From the IMG/VR virus record IMGVR_UViG_3300020045_018361, positions 1 through 62,559 of that record: a DNA stretch of 62,559 nucleotides; one strand, written 5' to 3'. The translations under genes and the position numbers were made by a program. The stretch's first letter is position 1. Each line of letters starts with the position of its first letter. The notes under the pieces are model-generated. The model had not been told where the DNA came from. It was given only the letters and a program-made list of their open reading frames with translations, and made no database searches. Origin of the DNA: a virus (Duplodnaviria; Caudoviricetes). Of the stretch, positions 1 to 9,930 are shown one piece after another.

Positions 1-121
1 GGCCCAGGATTGCGATGGAACGACTTGATTTTTGAGGGCGCGGACGCCTCGACCCAGCCCGTATGCCCCCGCAACCCCGGCGCCAAGTCCACCTCCAATC
101 ATTCCACCAACCAGGGCTGAC
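1..121. repeat. Terminal overlap identical to 62439-62559 (circular contig closure)
   Basis: Exact 121-nt match of both window ends; reading frame continues across it. Confidence 0.97.
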
Positions 122-810
122 TCACCCACCGGACCTTCTTGGTTGATAGCCGCGGTCAAAGCCCCAGCACCGGCACCTTCACCCACGCCGCGCCCAACAT
201 GCCCAAGAGCACGTCCAGGAGCGGATGCCTGAAGAGCCTGCCCACCTCTCTGGGTTAGAGCCGCAATGGTGCTGGGAATGGCTCCTGCGCCGAGGGCGTT
301 CAATCCCCGGCCCGCGTATCCCGCCAGCTTACCCACCCCCTGAAGAACTCCAGGACCCGCTGCTATCGACAGGCCAATTCCAGCCGCATCCGCGGGCCAG
401 CCGTAAGCTTCACGCGTCGCGCGTTCACCCGCGCGGAGGTCGTTGAGAGTTGAGCGATAGACCCCTCCAAAGGGAGTTTTGCTCCCAGTTAGTCGGTTCA
501 CCAGTTCTGCTGGACCGGAGGTCAAAGCAGCAATTACTGGGGATGCCGCGCCAAAGGTTGCACTATTTACCATGTAGTTGGCTAGGTCGGGTTGTCTGCG
601 GACGCGGCTTGCATACTGCGAGCTACTCTCCCCGGGCTTTGGGCTAGGAAACGATATACGCTCAAGAAAAGACGGCGCACGTTCTGCTGGAGCATTGGCC
701 AACTCATGGAAAGCCTTCTGCGGATCAAACTCCTCGGCCTGTTGAACTTGGTTCAGCTCAGCAAGAGCAGTCTGCGAGTCAAAAGTCTCGGGCGGTTTAC
801 GTTCAGCCAT
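1..810 (-). CDS. 5' part of junction-spanning putative internal virion/ejection protein (~731 aa; continues 62438->61053)
   Basis: Manual translation from ATG at 810 (MAERKPPETF...) is open to base 1 and joins MIGGGLGAGV... of the 61053-62540 ORF; starts directly after the stop of 811-2658. Confidence 0.85.
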   Translation of the reverse strand, partial: MAERKPPETFDSQTALAELNQVQQAEEFDPQKAFHELANAPAERAPSFLERISFPSPKPGESSSQYASRVRRQPDLANYMVNSATFGAASPVIAALTSGPAELVNRLTGSKTPFGGVYRSTLNDLRAGERATREAYGWPADAAGIGLSIAAGPGVLQGVGKLAGYAGRGLNALGAGAIPSTIAALTQRGGQALQASAPGRALGHVGRGVGEGAGAGALTAAINQEGPVGESALVGGMIGGGLGAGVAGAYGLGRGVRALKNQVVPSQSWA

Positions 811-2658
811 CTACTCCTCCCCTGATTGCAAACGGCGAATGCGCTCGCGCAGAGCAACCTCGGCCGGAGAGAGAATATGATTTGGGTCACTGCGCTTTCC
901 AGCGCCGTCTCGAAGAAGTTTTTGTTCCGCAGGAGTGAGGCGCTGAAACCACGCGTTGGGATCTACCGCTGGCCGTCCTAGATTGCCAGGAACAGATACT
1001 GGTTGATCTGCTGGTTTCTGCGGCGGCTGGCGTTGGGGAATAACCTGATCCCTAGGGGCGTCACCCGGCAAAATAGCAGAAGGACGTGGTTTAGCTTGTT
1101 CATAGGCCTCGTCCCATTTATCAAAACTAGGCGGAGCCTTGCCGTGTGCGATATAGCTGGAAGCTACTTCATTCCAAGCCATGCGCTTACGCGCAAGCCA
1201 TTCAGCCTGCGCGAAGAGATTCTCGCGTTGTTGTGGAGGCATAGAAACAGAACCGTTCATTTCCTTGATCAATAGAAGATCGCGATCTGATAGTTGGCCG
1301 CCCAATAATGGCTTCGCTAAAGACAGAGTCAACCGTTGCAAATTAGAGGATAGACGAGAAGTAGCGACGACCCCCGGATCGTTGGGGGCAAAAAATCCCC
1401 GCACCTGTGCTGAAGTTTCAGGAGCTATTGAGGCTCCTGGACGAGCCAATCCAGGCATACCCCTATAGTAAGCTTGTGGGCTGATAGCTCGAGAATCAGC
1501 CAAGATTGTTGCTGCCTCGCTCATGGCTCGCGAATCTTCACCATATTTCTTCACGTCGTCAATAACGCCTGGGCGTATGGCCCCTTGACGCGGGGGTAGC
1601 GGGGTAAGAATTGAAGGCACCTCTTCCGCTGGAGGAGTCACTTCAACCGCACTTGGAACGACGCCCGGAGCAACTGGTGTAGCAGGCCGCGTGCCGCGAA
1701 TGCTGGGGAAATACTCCTGGGACGGATCAGTCCCTGGAGGTGCAGCCAAAGCATTCGTAGCTATCCAACGCCTGAGCCAATCGCCACGTTGTCCATCGTG
1801 GCCGATGTCAACCTCGCCGTTCTTGATCGCGCCTTCAAGAGCTTGATTGGCGCGCCCGAGCAGATTCGCGTAGGTCTTGTCATCAACCACCCGCACCCCG
1901 TCTGGGGTTGTGGGGAAATTTTGCGTGGCGTTCGCCGAACGAGGCGGAGGCGCTCCATGGATTGTGCTCAAGTGCTCCCCAGTCGGAGTCGTAATAACCT
2001 TTGACCATCCAGTGTGAGAATTAGCGTCTTGAACAATCGTCTGAGTATTCGCTGAACGAGGTGGCGGCGCCCCTTGGATCGTGCTCAAACGCTCCCCGGT
2101 CGGGGTCGTAATAACCTTTGACCACCCTGTCGGAGAACTATCGTCTTTAATGATTGCCTGATTTGTCGCATTGCCGGCTAGTTTGTTGAGCTGCCCGGCC
2201 AAGCTAAGGCGCTTCATCAAAGAATCAGCCGGTAGAGACGCCTGTTGAACACGGAGTTGATCAACTATATTTCCCTGTTCAAGACGAGTCTTATCGTAGG
2301 CATTAATCTGGGGAGCGGCTTGACTCATAGCACTCCCGAAGGACTCAGCGAAACTGCCGGCCCGCGTGGGGGCAAGAAAGCCTCCGGCCATCGCAGCAAG
2401 AATACCTGCTTTGTTAGTTCCTTGCATTTCAGTCAAACGCTTGATTGCTCGTTCAATAGCGTCTGACTTCGCTTGTTGCGCCGCATCAAGAGTTGCGCCG
2501 ATGCCTTCTTGTGGTATTAATTGACTGGCAGCTCCACGCAGTTGAGGAAAAGGCGCTCCTTGGCCCCCATACAAAGAACTCAGAGCAGCAAGTCCACCAG
2601 GTGATGCAACGGTTGCCGGATCCGGCGGGACAGGCAAGTCTTCATACGTGTCTGACAT
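811..2658 (-). CDS. Putative internal virion (DNA ejection) protein with a 39-aa tandem duplication
   Basis: 615 aa, Ala/Pro/Gln-rich, downstream of tail genes; repeat TGWSKVITTPTGExLSTIxGAPPPRSAN twice (117-nt period, ~1931-2164). Confidence 0.6.
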   Translation of the reverse strand: MSDTYEDLPVPPDPATVASPGGLAALSSLYGGQGAPFPQLRGAASQLIPQEGIGATLDAAQQAKSDAIERAIKRLTEMQGTNKAGILAAMAGGFLAPTRAGSFAESFGSAMSQAAPQINAYDKTRLEQGNIVDQLRVQQASLPADSLMKRLSLAGQLNKLAGNATNQAIIKDDSSPTGWSKVITTPTGERLSTIQGAPPPRSANTQTIVQDANSHTGWSKVITTPTGEHLSTIHGAPPPRSANATQNFPTTPDGVRVVDDKTYANLLGRANQALEGAIKNGEVDIGHDGQRGDWLRRWIATNALAAPPGTDPSQEYFPSIRGTRPATPVAPGVVPSAVEVTPPAEEVPSILTPLPPRQGAIRPGVIDDVKKYGEDSRAMSEAATILADSRAISPQAYYRGMPGLARPGASIAPETSAQVRGFFAPNDPGVVATSRLSSNLQRLTLSLAKPLLGGQLSDRDLLLIKEMNGSVSMPPQQRENLFAQAEWLARKRMAWNEVASSYIAHGKAPPSFDKWDEAYEQAKPRPSAILPGDAPRDQVIPQRQPPQKPADQPVSVPGNLGRPAVDPNAWFQRLTPAEQKLLRDGAGKRSDPNHILSPAEVALRERIRRLQSGEE

Positions 2659-2664
2659 GAGCTA

Positions 2665-3879
2665 TTATCCGAACAATTTACTCAGCGCCCCGACACCGGA
2701 AGCGGCACCTGCGAGCTGAGCAAGGGGAGAGGGCTGAAAAGATTGGCCGGGTCCCACAGTTGTTTGGGTAGACGTTAACGGAATTTGTTGTCCTGTAAGA
2801 ATTGAATTCATATACTGCGTTTGTTTTTGCGGAAAATATGCTTGATCTTGAAACTGATTGTACAACCAATCCAAGTTCTGTTGGTTGAGCCCGCGGGTCA
2901 AATCAGCCTGAGTCTGCAGACCGGCTGCCCCGGTAAGACCCATGGATTGAGAAAGTTGACCAAGCGCGCCAGTAGCGTTTGCAAGCCCTTGGCCTTGATT
3001 TGTCAGCTGTTGCCCGAGAGCCCCCATTTGAGAGCCGCCCTGCATTTGGGCTCCAGTGAGATTGCTGCCAATTGCGCCAGTAAGTTGCCCAGCGTTGAGC
3101 TGCTGTCCGGATAGCTGATTCCCCAAAGTCCCCAAAGCTTGTCCCGCGGCGAGTTCTCGTCCTTGACCCGTCTGATAGGCACCCATGCTTTGGCCGAAAC
3201 CTTGCTGCAAAGCTTGAGCCTGCTGGCCCATAATTGATTCGTTGGCGTCACGAATAGCTCTGTTCGTGAAGTCTGCGTGACGACCACTACCAAACATGCC
3301 CGCACCAGTAAAGGTGCTGTTGACATTGGGCAGTAAATTTTCTTGTAAATTTCTTCCCCCAAGTTGCGCAATTCTATCAACGACCCCCTCTGTATAGGGG
3401 GACATGAATTGATTGAAATCACCTTGGTTGAAGAGCTGACCGGAATCTGCCGCCAGCCCCATTCCAGTGTAGGTCGCGGGTTGACCAATAGAACCCACGT
3501 TTTGCGCATAAGGGAGACCCATCTGAGCAAATTGACCCGCGGTATTTACCGATTGATTGGTGAGTTCTTGTCCTTGCAAATTAGGTTGTTGATAAGAACC
3601 TGAGAGCTGGTTCAAATCGCCAAGAGCCCCGGCTACTTGGTCTTGACCGGTCGTGACGGCGGTTCCAAGAGCGCCCTGGGCTTGGGTGTCCCAGGGATTC
3701 CATCCGGCAAACCGGGCACCGGAATAGACCGGGTAGTCCATTCCGGCTTGCGCATTGGCCCGTTGTAGAATGGCCTTTTGGAACTCTTGAAAGTATAGAG
3801 GCAACGATTGAGTCTGTGTAACATTACTCGTTACACTTGGGGGCGGGGACCCGTTAAAGAGGAAATCCAACAAGGCCAT
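2665..3879 (-). CDS. Putative internal virion/ejection protein (Gln/Gly-rich)
   Basis: 404 aa; FMSPYTEGVVD and GAGMFGSGR motifs typical of podovirus ejection proteins; position. Confidence 0.65.
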   Translation of the reverse strand: MALLDFLFNGSPPPSVTSNVTQTQSLPLYFQEFQKAILQRANAQAGMDYPVYSGARFAGWNPWDTQAQGALGTAVTTGQDQVAGALGDLNQLSGSYQQPNLQGQELTNQSVNTAGQFAQMGLPYAQNVGSIGQPATYTGMGLAADSGQLFNQGDFNQFMSPYTEGVVDRIAQLGGRNLQENLLPNVNSTFTGAGMFGSGRHADFTNRAIRDANESIMGQQAQALQQGFGQSMGAYQTGQGRELAAGQALGTLGNQLSGQQLNAGQLTGAIGSNLTGAQMQGGSQMGALGQQLTNQGQGLANATGALGQLSQSMGLTGAAGLQTQADLTRGLNQQNLDWLYNQFQDQAYFPQKQTQYMNSILTGQQIPLTSTQTTVGPGQSFQPSPLAQLAGAASGVGALSKLFG

Positions 3880-5109
3880 TTAACGAGCCCCTTCGTCAAG
3901 GTAAGACGTCAAAGCCTTAGCCTTGGGCGGAACTACTCGAGAGCGTCCTTTATGTTTCGCAATCGCTCGACGCATACCGTCGAGCTTACGTGCCCCGGCG
4001 TTGTTGTTTCCGTCCCCTAGATCGGCGACCGTCGCTGCGTCCAGAACATACTCGCCATCGGACAGGCGGGCGGGGACCGTGTCGGATTGCCCTGGTTGCG
4101 GACCGGCAATGTATCGGGGATCACGCATCGCAGATAACCCGCCTTTCGCATACCCGACTGCCCCGCCGTTGGCCAAACCTGTGACTGGTCCAGGGATTGG
4201 AGTATATGTTCCTGCTGGGTTATCGAAGAACGTGATTGGACGGCCGCTATTCTGGTTATCAAGCGTATACCACTGAGTCGGATCCATGATCGTTGGAACC
4301 CGAGTCCGATTGAGAGCGTAATTCTGTGCGTGAGACCCGGTCAGAGCGGCGGAGTCTTTTTGTGCTTGGGTTTGCGCCGGCGGTTTAGCGCTGGACGAAC
4401 TTTTGCCTCCGGCCATACTGGCCAGCAGCAATCCTCCAGCCAAGAGCGGCCAGTTGCGGCCAAGCCAACTGGACCCCGAGGCTCCGGCTGAGCTAGAACC
4501 ACCACCGAGCAGACCGCCGGTTCCAGAAGATCTAGCGCCAGAAGTGAAGTCGGTATCACCCCCGCCTGTGTCCCAAGCGCCAGACCCGGCGCTAGTCCAC
4601 GGGTCAGCCGCAGACGAAGAGCTAAACAACGAGCTGAGAAGTCCCCCGGCATTTCCGCCTGTACCGAGGGCCCCGGAAATTTCCGGCGAGAAGTAGCTCG
4701 TCAACCCCCCTCCAAGCGCCCCCAAACCCGCATACATTAGGGGATTACTTCCACCGCCGATGAGACTACCCAGTCCACCCAACGCGCCGCCCAAGAGGCC
4801 TCCACCAACGCCTGCTGCCAAATCTGGACCGAGCAAGTCGGTCAGGCCAAGAAATTCTCCAACTCCTCCGCCAATCTCAGGCAAGAGCACTGGGAGAAGA
4901 GCTCCGCCTACAGAACCCAGAATTCCGCCCAAATCAAAAGCTTCGGGTAAACCCGTATCTGGGTTGCGAGGTAGTTCTCCTTCTGGGTGCAACGCTTCGA
5001 GTGCCCGAACCTCTCGAGGAGACATGTGAACAAGTTCAGTATCGCCGTGCCGACCACGTGAAGCCAAATGGTCTGCGTGATTACGTAATTGCATCAGGGC
5101 GCCAGCCAT
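3880..5109 (-). CDS. Putative internal virion protein with Gly-rich hydrophobic segments
   Basis: 409 aa; GRHGDTELVHM...NPDTGLPEAF at N-terminus and SDTVPARLSDGEYV near C-terminus. Confidence 0.65.
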   Translation of the reverse strand: MAGALMQLRNHADHLASRGRHGDTELVHMSPREVRALEALHPEGELPRNPDTGLPEAFDLGGILGSVGGALLPVLLPEIGGGVGEFLGLTDLLGPDLAAGVGGGLLGGALGGLGSLIGGGSNPLMYAGLGALGGGLTSYFSPEISGALGTGGNAGGLLSSLFSSSSAADPWTSAGSGAWDTGGGDTDFTSGARSSGTGGLLGGGSSSAGASGSSWLGRNWPLLAGGLLLASMAGGKSSSSAKPPAQTQAQKDSAALTGSHAQNYALNRTRVPTIMDPTQWYTLDNQNSGRPITFFDNPAGTYTPIPGPVTGLANGGAVGYAKGGLSAMRDPRYIAGPQPGQSDTVPARLSDGEYVLDAATVADLGDGNNNAGARKLDGMRRAIAKHKGRSRVVPPKAKALTSYLDEGAR

Positions 5110-5168
5110 TCGTCACTCCTATCGACGACGGACCAGCGCGCGGCAGAGCGTGCACTCGGATTCGTAGT

Positions 5169-5177
5169 AGTATATCA
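5169..5177 (-). promoter_or_regulatory. Possible extended -10 promoter (TGA-TATACT) for the ejection-protein genes
   Basis: TGnTATACT in a 73-nt intergenic gap; no clear -35. Confidence 0.3.
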
Positions 5178-5182
5178 CAAAC

Positions 5183-5431
5183 TCACGGAAAAATACCCTT
5201 CAGCCAAGTTCCCCATTCTCTCCAGTCGTCGAACAGAAGCGGGCTAGGGACATGCCAGCGCTCAAAGCTAGAGTCTTGATAAAGGCGTTCGGCCCATTCT
5301 TGCCAATCAACCTCGTTCTCGGGCGGTAATGGCGGACTGCCGGTGGAGTAAACCACTTCGACCAGCCGATCTGCCCAGACGCGAAAATCTGCCATTCTTG
5401 GGTCGAGTATGTCATGTAGAGGAACGACCAT
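5183..5431 (-). CDS. Small Trp-rich tail-module protein
   Basis: 82 aa, WQEWA...PSPLLFDDWREW; overlaps the upstream gene end. Confidence 0.7.
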   Translation of the reverse strand: MVVPLHDILDPRMADFRVWADRLVEVVYSTGSPPLPPENEVDWQEWAERLYQDSSFERWHVPSPLLFDDWREWGTWLKGIFP

Positions 5432-5798
5432 CAGAGTCTTTCATGTGAATAACGGGCGTCCCAGTCAAGTAGTTTCCGCCGGCCACGTTACTCTCGAACT
5501 TGAGTTGAAGATACCGTCGCGTATTTTTAGGGTGTATCAACTCAGTTGTCGGACCGAACGGGAGGGCTGGACCCACGAGTTGATCGGCTCTGGCGTTATT
5601 GCGTCCAGTAATACGAAGGGTCATCTCGCCAGACTGAACAAAATCGGGCTCAATCATGATAGTCTGTAGATTACGATTTTTCCCTTGGGGGATGAGCGAA
5701 AGATTTCCAGTCTCGAAAAACGAGTAGATGGCGTTGAAGGTGTTACCGTCAACCTCATCGACCCCGGTTTCATGTTGCCATAGCCCATAATCGCTCAT
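5412..5798 (-). CDS. C-terminal part of tail nozzle/DNA-stabilisation protein (split gene)
   Basis: LWQHETG...IEPDFVQSG...FESNVAGG motifs; GAGGT upstream of ATG. Confidence 0.65.
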   Translation of the reverse strand: MSDYGLWQHETGVDEVDGNTFNAIYSFFETGNLSLIPQGKNRNLQTIMIEPDFVQSGEMTLRITGRNNARADQLVGPALPFGPTTELIHPKNTRRYLQLKFESNVAGGNYLTGTPVIHMKDSDGRSST

Positions 5799-5805
5799 CT
5801 CGACC

Positions 5806-6966
5806 TCACGTGGAAGAGGTTGCTTGGGTCATATACGGGAAGCCCAGGACTTGCGCGGCAACCCCGGCCGAGCGACCATAGAGTGGGAGCTCGGTATCAT
5901 ACCAGCTCTGGTTGCGTACATTGTAGATGACCGCGTGATTACAGTAGGTTGATTCCCCAAATGGAAAACAAAACCAAATCTCACCTCGGCGGGGTATTTT
6001 CATCGCGAAGACTTTTTGAGCGTAGGTTCGGTTGAGATTATCGAAGAAATAGTCGAGGTTCATTTGGTTTGGAAGTTCTCGCACAACCCCGTTGTAAACA
6101 TAGAAGCGATCAGTTCCAACCCAAAAGAACATGCCATCATACTCAATGGGAGTTGAGCTTGACAAAATAGTTGTCTGGGCACTGACTGTATCGGCTTGAA
6201 AAATTGAAGCTCCCCCCACGAAAGATAATCTTACGAGAGAATTAAGTGACCAAAATAAACCGGTTGGAGAGTTGCCGGGTCCGCCGCGATAAGGAAGACC
6301 GCGCACCAGCTTACTGTCCGCAACACGCGCTCCGGCGGTCGTTCCACCACCGTCGGCCGAAGCCAGATTGGCGGGTTCGTTGGGGGCAGACCACGTGAGG
6401 TATCCATCATTGCCATAGTAGAACGCGTAGGGGTGAAGAATAACTAAACCGCCAGAAACTCCGGTCAGAGGAGTTACCCCATCCGTCGGGCTGAGTGCGG
6501 CGAAGTCAGACGAATCATTATCGAGGGCAAAATAAAGAGGAGCATTTGTCGTGTTGGCAATATCTTCGAGATTATACCCGGGATGACCCAGTACAACTGC
6601 GGCGCTGGAAGTAGCCGAGTAAAGCTGATCAAATTGCCAGAGAATTGTCGAAGCGGCAACGAAGCCGGAAGGAGAGCGATCGACTGGTGGGAACGGAGTG
6701 GTGCCTTGGAGACGCACATAATCAACGCCGCCCGTCCAGCCCATGTAAATACCTGGACCGGCATCTTTGTCTGAGGCGAATAACGTTTGCATCGGACCGT
6801 TTGTCAGAGCGGCAAGCTTCTGATATCCGCCCATTTTGCGCGGGCGACCGCGATCGAAGCGGACCCAACGGCCATCAGTACAGGTCAAGTCTCCTTCGAT
6901 ATAGGCGCCGTCTCGGCGTATACCTGGGGGTATTTTGAGCTGAACGGGTTGGGGTTCTTGGGCCAT
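5806..6966 (-). CDS. Tail nozzle/DNA-stabilisation protein (tubular protein B or P22 gp10-like), N-terminal part
   Basis: WVRFDRGRPRKMGGY, beta-propeller-like repeats, EIWFCFP...VIYNVRNQSWYD. Confidence 0.7.
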   Translation of the reverse strand: MAQEPQPVQLKIPPGIRRDGAYIEGDLTCTDGRWVRFDRGRPRKMGGYQKLAALTNGPMQTLFASDKDAGPGIYMGWTGGVDYVRLQGTTPFPPVDRSPSGFVAASTILWQFDQLYSATSSAAVVLGHPGYNLEDIANTTNAPLYFALDNDSSDFAALSPTDGVTPLTGVSGGLVILHPYAFYYGNDGYLTWSAPNEPANLASADGGGTTAGARVADSKLVRGLPYRGGPGNSPTGLFWSLNSLVRLSFVGGASIFQADTVSAQTTILSSSTPIEYDGMFFWVGTDRFYVYNGVVRELPNQMNLDYFFDNLNRTYAQKVFAMKIPRRGEIWFCFPFGESTYCNHAVIYNVRNQSWYDTELPLYGRSAGVAAQVLGFPYMTQATSST

Positions 6967-6968
6967 AA

Positions 6969-8960
6969 CTAGGCGGTTGGTCCTTGAGCCATCCACCAAA
7001 AGCCAACATCCTCGGATGACCCAACAGTACTAATACGGGTAAATGTAGCTGCGGTAGCGCTCAATGTAGAGTTATTGACAGTCATATAAGAATATTCAAA
7101 AGCGGTAGCCCAAGCCATCCCCATAACCGTTGGAATGGCCGAAAAAGCAGTGGCGAAAGTAATAGTCGCAACGCCAGATGTGGTTGTCCCAGTTCCGCTC
7201 TGAAATAGTACGTTCGATGAGCCGCTGTTCACTGGGAATTTTGACGAGTAGACCGGAGCAGTTACGTCCGCTACTGGGTTATATTGAGCAATAGCCGTAC
7301 CTCCGACCAACAGCACTCCGAACGCCCCTGTTCCAGCAGTCGCGTTGACGGCAAGTCCCGTCCCAGAAAACACCGCACTCGTGGCGTTCAAAACACCGAA
7401 AATACCTGTTCCAGAGATATTTGCTGAAGTTCCTACAAAGCTGGCCGCAGTCGAATTGCCGGACAGGACCGACGACGTTCCGCCATACACAGCAGAAGTA
7501 GTGGTACCCGAAACATTGGCCGAAGCTGCCGCCATGGCCCCAGAGAGAACCATCGACGTTCCAGTAGCCGCCCCGAAATTTACGAGCGGGGTGTTCACCG
7601 TTCCGAACGTCCCGAGTCCAGATACTACGGCTGAAGATGAGGTGAGACTATTGACCGTCAACGGCCCCACAAGAGCATAAGTCCCAGTCCCAGTCCCGCC
7701 TGTCGTGGGGAGGTATGGAAGAGATGGAAGAGCAACTCCGGTAGCCGACGAAATCAAACCTTTGGCGTCAACCACGAATTGGGGCCACTGGGCCGTGGAA
7801 CCGTAAGTTCCGGCAGACACACCGGAGTTTTGAAGACCAACTGTTCCCGTAGTCGTGATCGTTCCGCCAGTAAGCGGGGACGAAATAACAACGCTAGTGA
7901 CTGTTCCACTACCAGCCGTTGTCGTAAAAGCTATTGTGGCATTTGTTCCGTTGAGGGTAATGATTGCCCGCTGACCTTGGGTCACCTCTACCCCTGAGTC
8001 GGACCCGTTGACCCGGAAAGTCATCGTGAAGGCCCCGGTCGTGTTGTTGTAGACATACCAAACGCCGGTCAACGCCCCGTAGGTAACAGTTCGGTTCCCA
8101 GTTAAGAGACCTTGAAACTCTTGAATAGAGAAAGCCACCTGCGCAGCGCTCAGAGCTAGATCACCGGTTCCAGCTGCCGAGATTACCCCGGCAGTCACGC
8201 TCGCCGTCGAGGAGGATGACTGGCGCCCTATCGTCACCCATTCGCCTAGGGACGCATTGAGAATGACAAAACAAGACTGTCCTTGATTCAGGACAACCGT
8301 GGTTGCCCCATCAATAAGCTGCGATCCAGACGGATCTAGAGTCATGGTCCCAGACCCAGAGTTCCGGGCAATGAAGAAGAAATTATCTTGAAAGGCCGTG
8401 GTCAGATCTGCGAAGCTAACCGTCAAAGCTCCGCCGGTGTTGGTTACGGCCGAGGCCCGATCACCTTCGGTGATAGAGTAGGTCGGAGAACTGACGTCCT
8501 CGGATGGATATCCTGTATTCAAGAGCCCGTTGAAATAAACAAGACCGGCTCCAGCTTGGCTGGACAGGTCCGGAGAGACCGATCCAGCCCCCAGAACCAT
8601 ACTGCTCCAAGCGCCATTGGACGTCGTGTTGGTGCGAAGCCACACGTAGCGAGTCGTTCCTGCGGCCACTGTTGCCACGGAAGATGACCCGTCGTTCAGG
8701 CGAAGATCAAACGAATCGGCCCCCGAATTAACAACAACCGCCGCGGACCCGGGGCTTGCTTCATTGCCCGGCGGAAGGCGGAGCTGAAGTCCCGCGGTCG
8801 ACGGCGTGACGTCAAGAATAGCGGTCAAAAGATCACTATCGTCGTTTCCTTCCGAAGGCCACGCAAGAGTGGTCGTCGCACTGAGCGCAAGGGCGCTATA
8901 TGAGCGTGCAGAAGGAAGAACGACTTGCGAGCCGGTGAAGACATTTGTATAGCCGCTCAT
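6969..8960 (-). CDS. Tail fibre/spike protein
   Basis: 663 aa, Gly/Ser/Thr-rich; SGVSAGTYG...VVDAKGLIS fibre motif; C-terminal QSGTG...ITFATAFS domain. Confidence 0.75.
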   Translation of the reverse strand: MSGYTNVFTGSQVVLPSARSYSALALSATTTLAWPSEGNDDSDLLTAILDVTPSTAGLQLRLPPGNEASPGSAAVVVNSGADSFDLRLNDGSSSVATVAAGTTRYVWLRTNTTSNGAWSSMVLGAGSVSPDLSSQAGAGLVYFNGLLNTGYPSEDVSSPTYSITEGDRASAVTNTGGALTVSFADLTTAFQDNFFFIARNSGSGTMTLDPSGSQLIDGATTVVLNQGQSCFVILNASLGEWVTIGRQSSSSTASVTAGVISAAGTGDLALSAAQVAFSIQEFQGLLTGNRTVTYGALTGVWYVYNNTTGAFTMTFRVNGSDSGVEVTQGQRAIITLNGTNATIAFTTTAGSGTVTSVVISSPLTGGTITTTGTVGLQNSGVSAGTYGSTAQWPQFVVDAKGLISSATGVALPSLPYLPTTGGTGTGTYALVGPLTVNSLTSSSAVVSGLGTFGTVNTPLVNFGAATGTSMVLSGAMAAASANVSGTTTSAVYGGTSSVLSGNSTAASFVGTSANISGTGIFGVLNATSAVFSGTGLAVNATAGTGAFGVLLVGGTAIAQYNPVADVTAPVYSSKFPVNSGSSNVLFQSGTGTTTSGVATITFATAFSAIPTVMGMAWATAFEYSYMTVNNSTLSATAATFTRISTVGSSEDVGFWWMAQGPTA

Positions 8961-9625
8961 GCCCCTCTCCTCAATGCGCTTCCGTCACCGATCTTTCGCA
9001 CATCTTCGACGGTCAAAGCTTGGATGGTCTTATCGTATTGCCCCTGCCACACAGGGATACGCTCGTCATTCTTCAAGAATGTCGTCGACTGCAGAAGGCA
9101 CTGATAGAGTAATAGATTGGGAACGAACTCGGTCGCCCAATTCGTTTGTTGATCATCGCTCAAGAGTGGCGGGATGGCGTAAAAGGACCACTCAAACGGG
9201 TAAGCAGCATCCGGCGTCGGGGAAACAATGATGTTGCTCGCATTATATTCCGCGTAATATTTTGGTTGAGCTTGAATCGTCCGATCTGGCTCAAGCATCT
9301 GCAAATAAGTATAGTCTCGCTGGTTGAGCGGGGTGCGCTGGGTGAAGTCGTCGTCATCATCGAGGGCCGTGAAGTTGATCGAAATTGTTTCGCGCCAGCG
9401 ATCGGGCTTCGCATAGGTATAAGTACCAGCAGCCATTGTCCCAGTGACAACTTCTTTAAAGCCTTGGATCTTAAGATCTTGAATAATTTGCTTTTCAGCA
9501 AGCATTACGAGTTGAGGAATTTGGTCGTAAAAAGTCGGATCCGTGGTTCCATCTTCACCCCGTTCGTAGTACTTGGTAAGATCCTCTACCAAGGAAGCAT
9601 AGGTCATGATTGCAGGTCCAGTCAT
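8957..9625 (-). CDS. Head-tail adaptor-like protein
   Basis: MTYASLVEDL..YYER, QPKYYA, PTPDAAY, TNW..EFVPNLLLY motifs. Confidence 0.65.
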   Translation of the reverse strand: MTGPAIMTYASLVEDLTKYYERGEDGTTDPTFYDQIPQLVMLAEKQIIQDLKIQGFKEVVTGTMAAGTYTYAKPDRWRETISINFTALDDDDDFTQRTPLNQRDYTYLQMLEPDRTIQAQPKYYAEYNASNIIVSPTPDAAYPFEWSFYAIPPLLSDDQQTNWATEFVPNLLLYQCLLQSTTFLKNDERIPVWQGQYDKTIQALTVEDVRKIGDGSALRRGA

Positions 9626-9930
9626 AGCCCTACGTAGTCCCCATTCTCGGTAATGATCGCGATACCCGGATCAGCCCCAAGCACGTCTGCTTCAGCCTCA
9701 AAACCAGTCAAGTCAAGATCCGGACGCGGAAAACGCAAAGCAATCTTTTCCGGTACACGAGCAGGCAAACGCCACGGGTCGTAGTTGTCTCGGCACCCTT
9801 GATCACAAACTCGGATGCCTGGAAAATTTGGGTCCGGGCCCAACTGACTCAGAAAACGCTTCATCTTGCAGCGATCGCATATCGCAATCGCTATGCCAGT
9901 CGAAAACCCCCCAACGAGATAGCGGGGCAT
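9622..9930 (-). CDS. Small Cys-rich (zinc-binding) protein
   Basis: ICDRCKM...VCDQGCRD; coupled start/stop overlaps. Confidence 0.7.
   Translation of the reverse strand: MPRYLVGGFSTGIAIAICDRCKMKRFLSQLGPDPNFPGIRVCDQGCRDNYDPWRLPARVPEKIALRFPRPDLDLTGFEAEADVLGADPGIAIITENGDYVGL

Noticed and set aside
1-121. Physical direct terminal repeat
   Set aside because: It lies mid-gene and looks like an assembler overlap; nothing marks it as a virion end.
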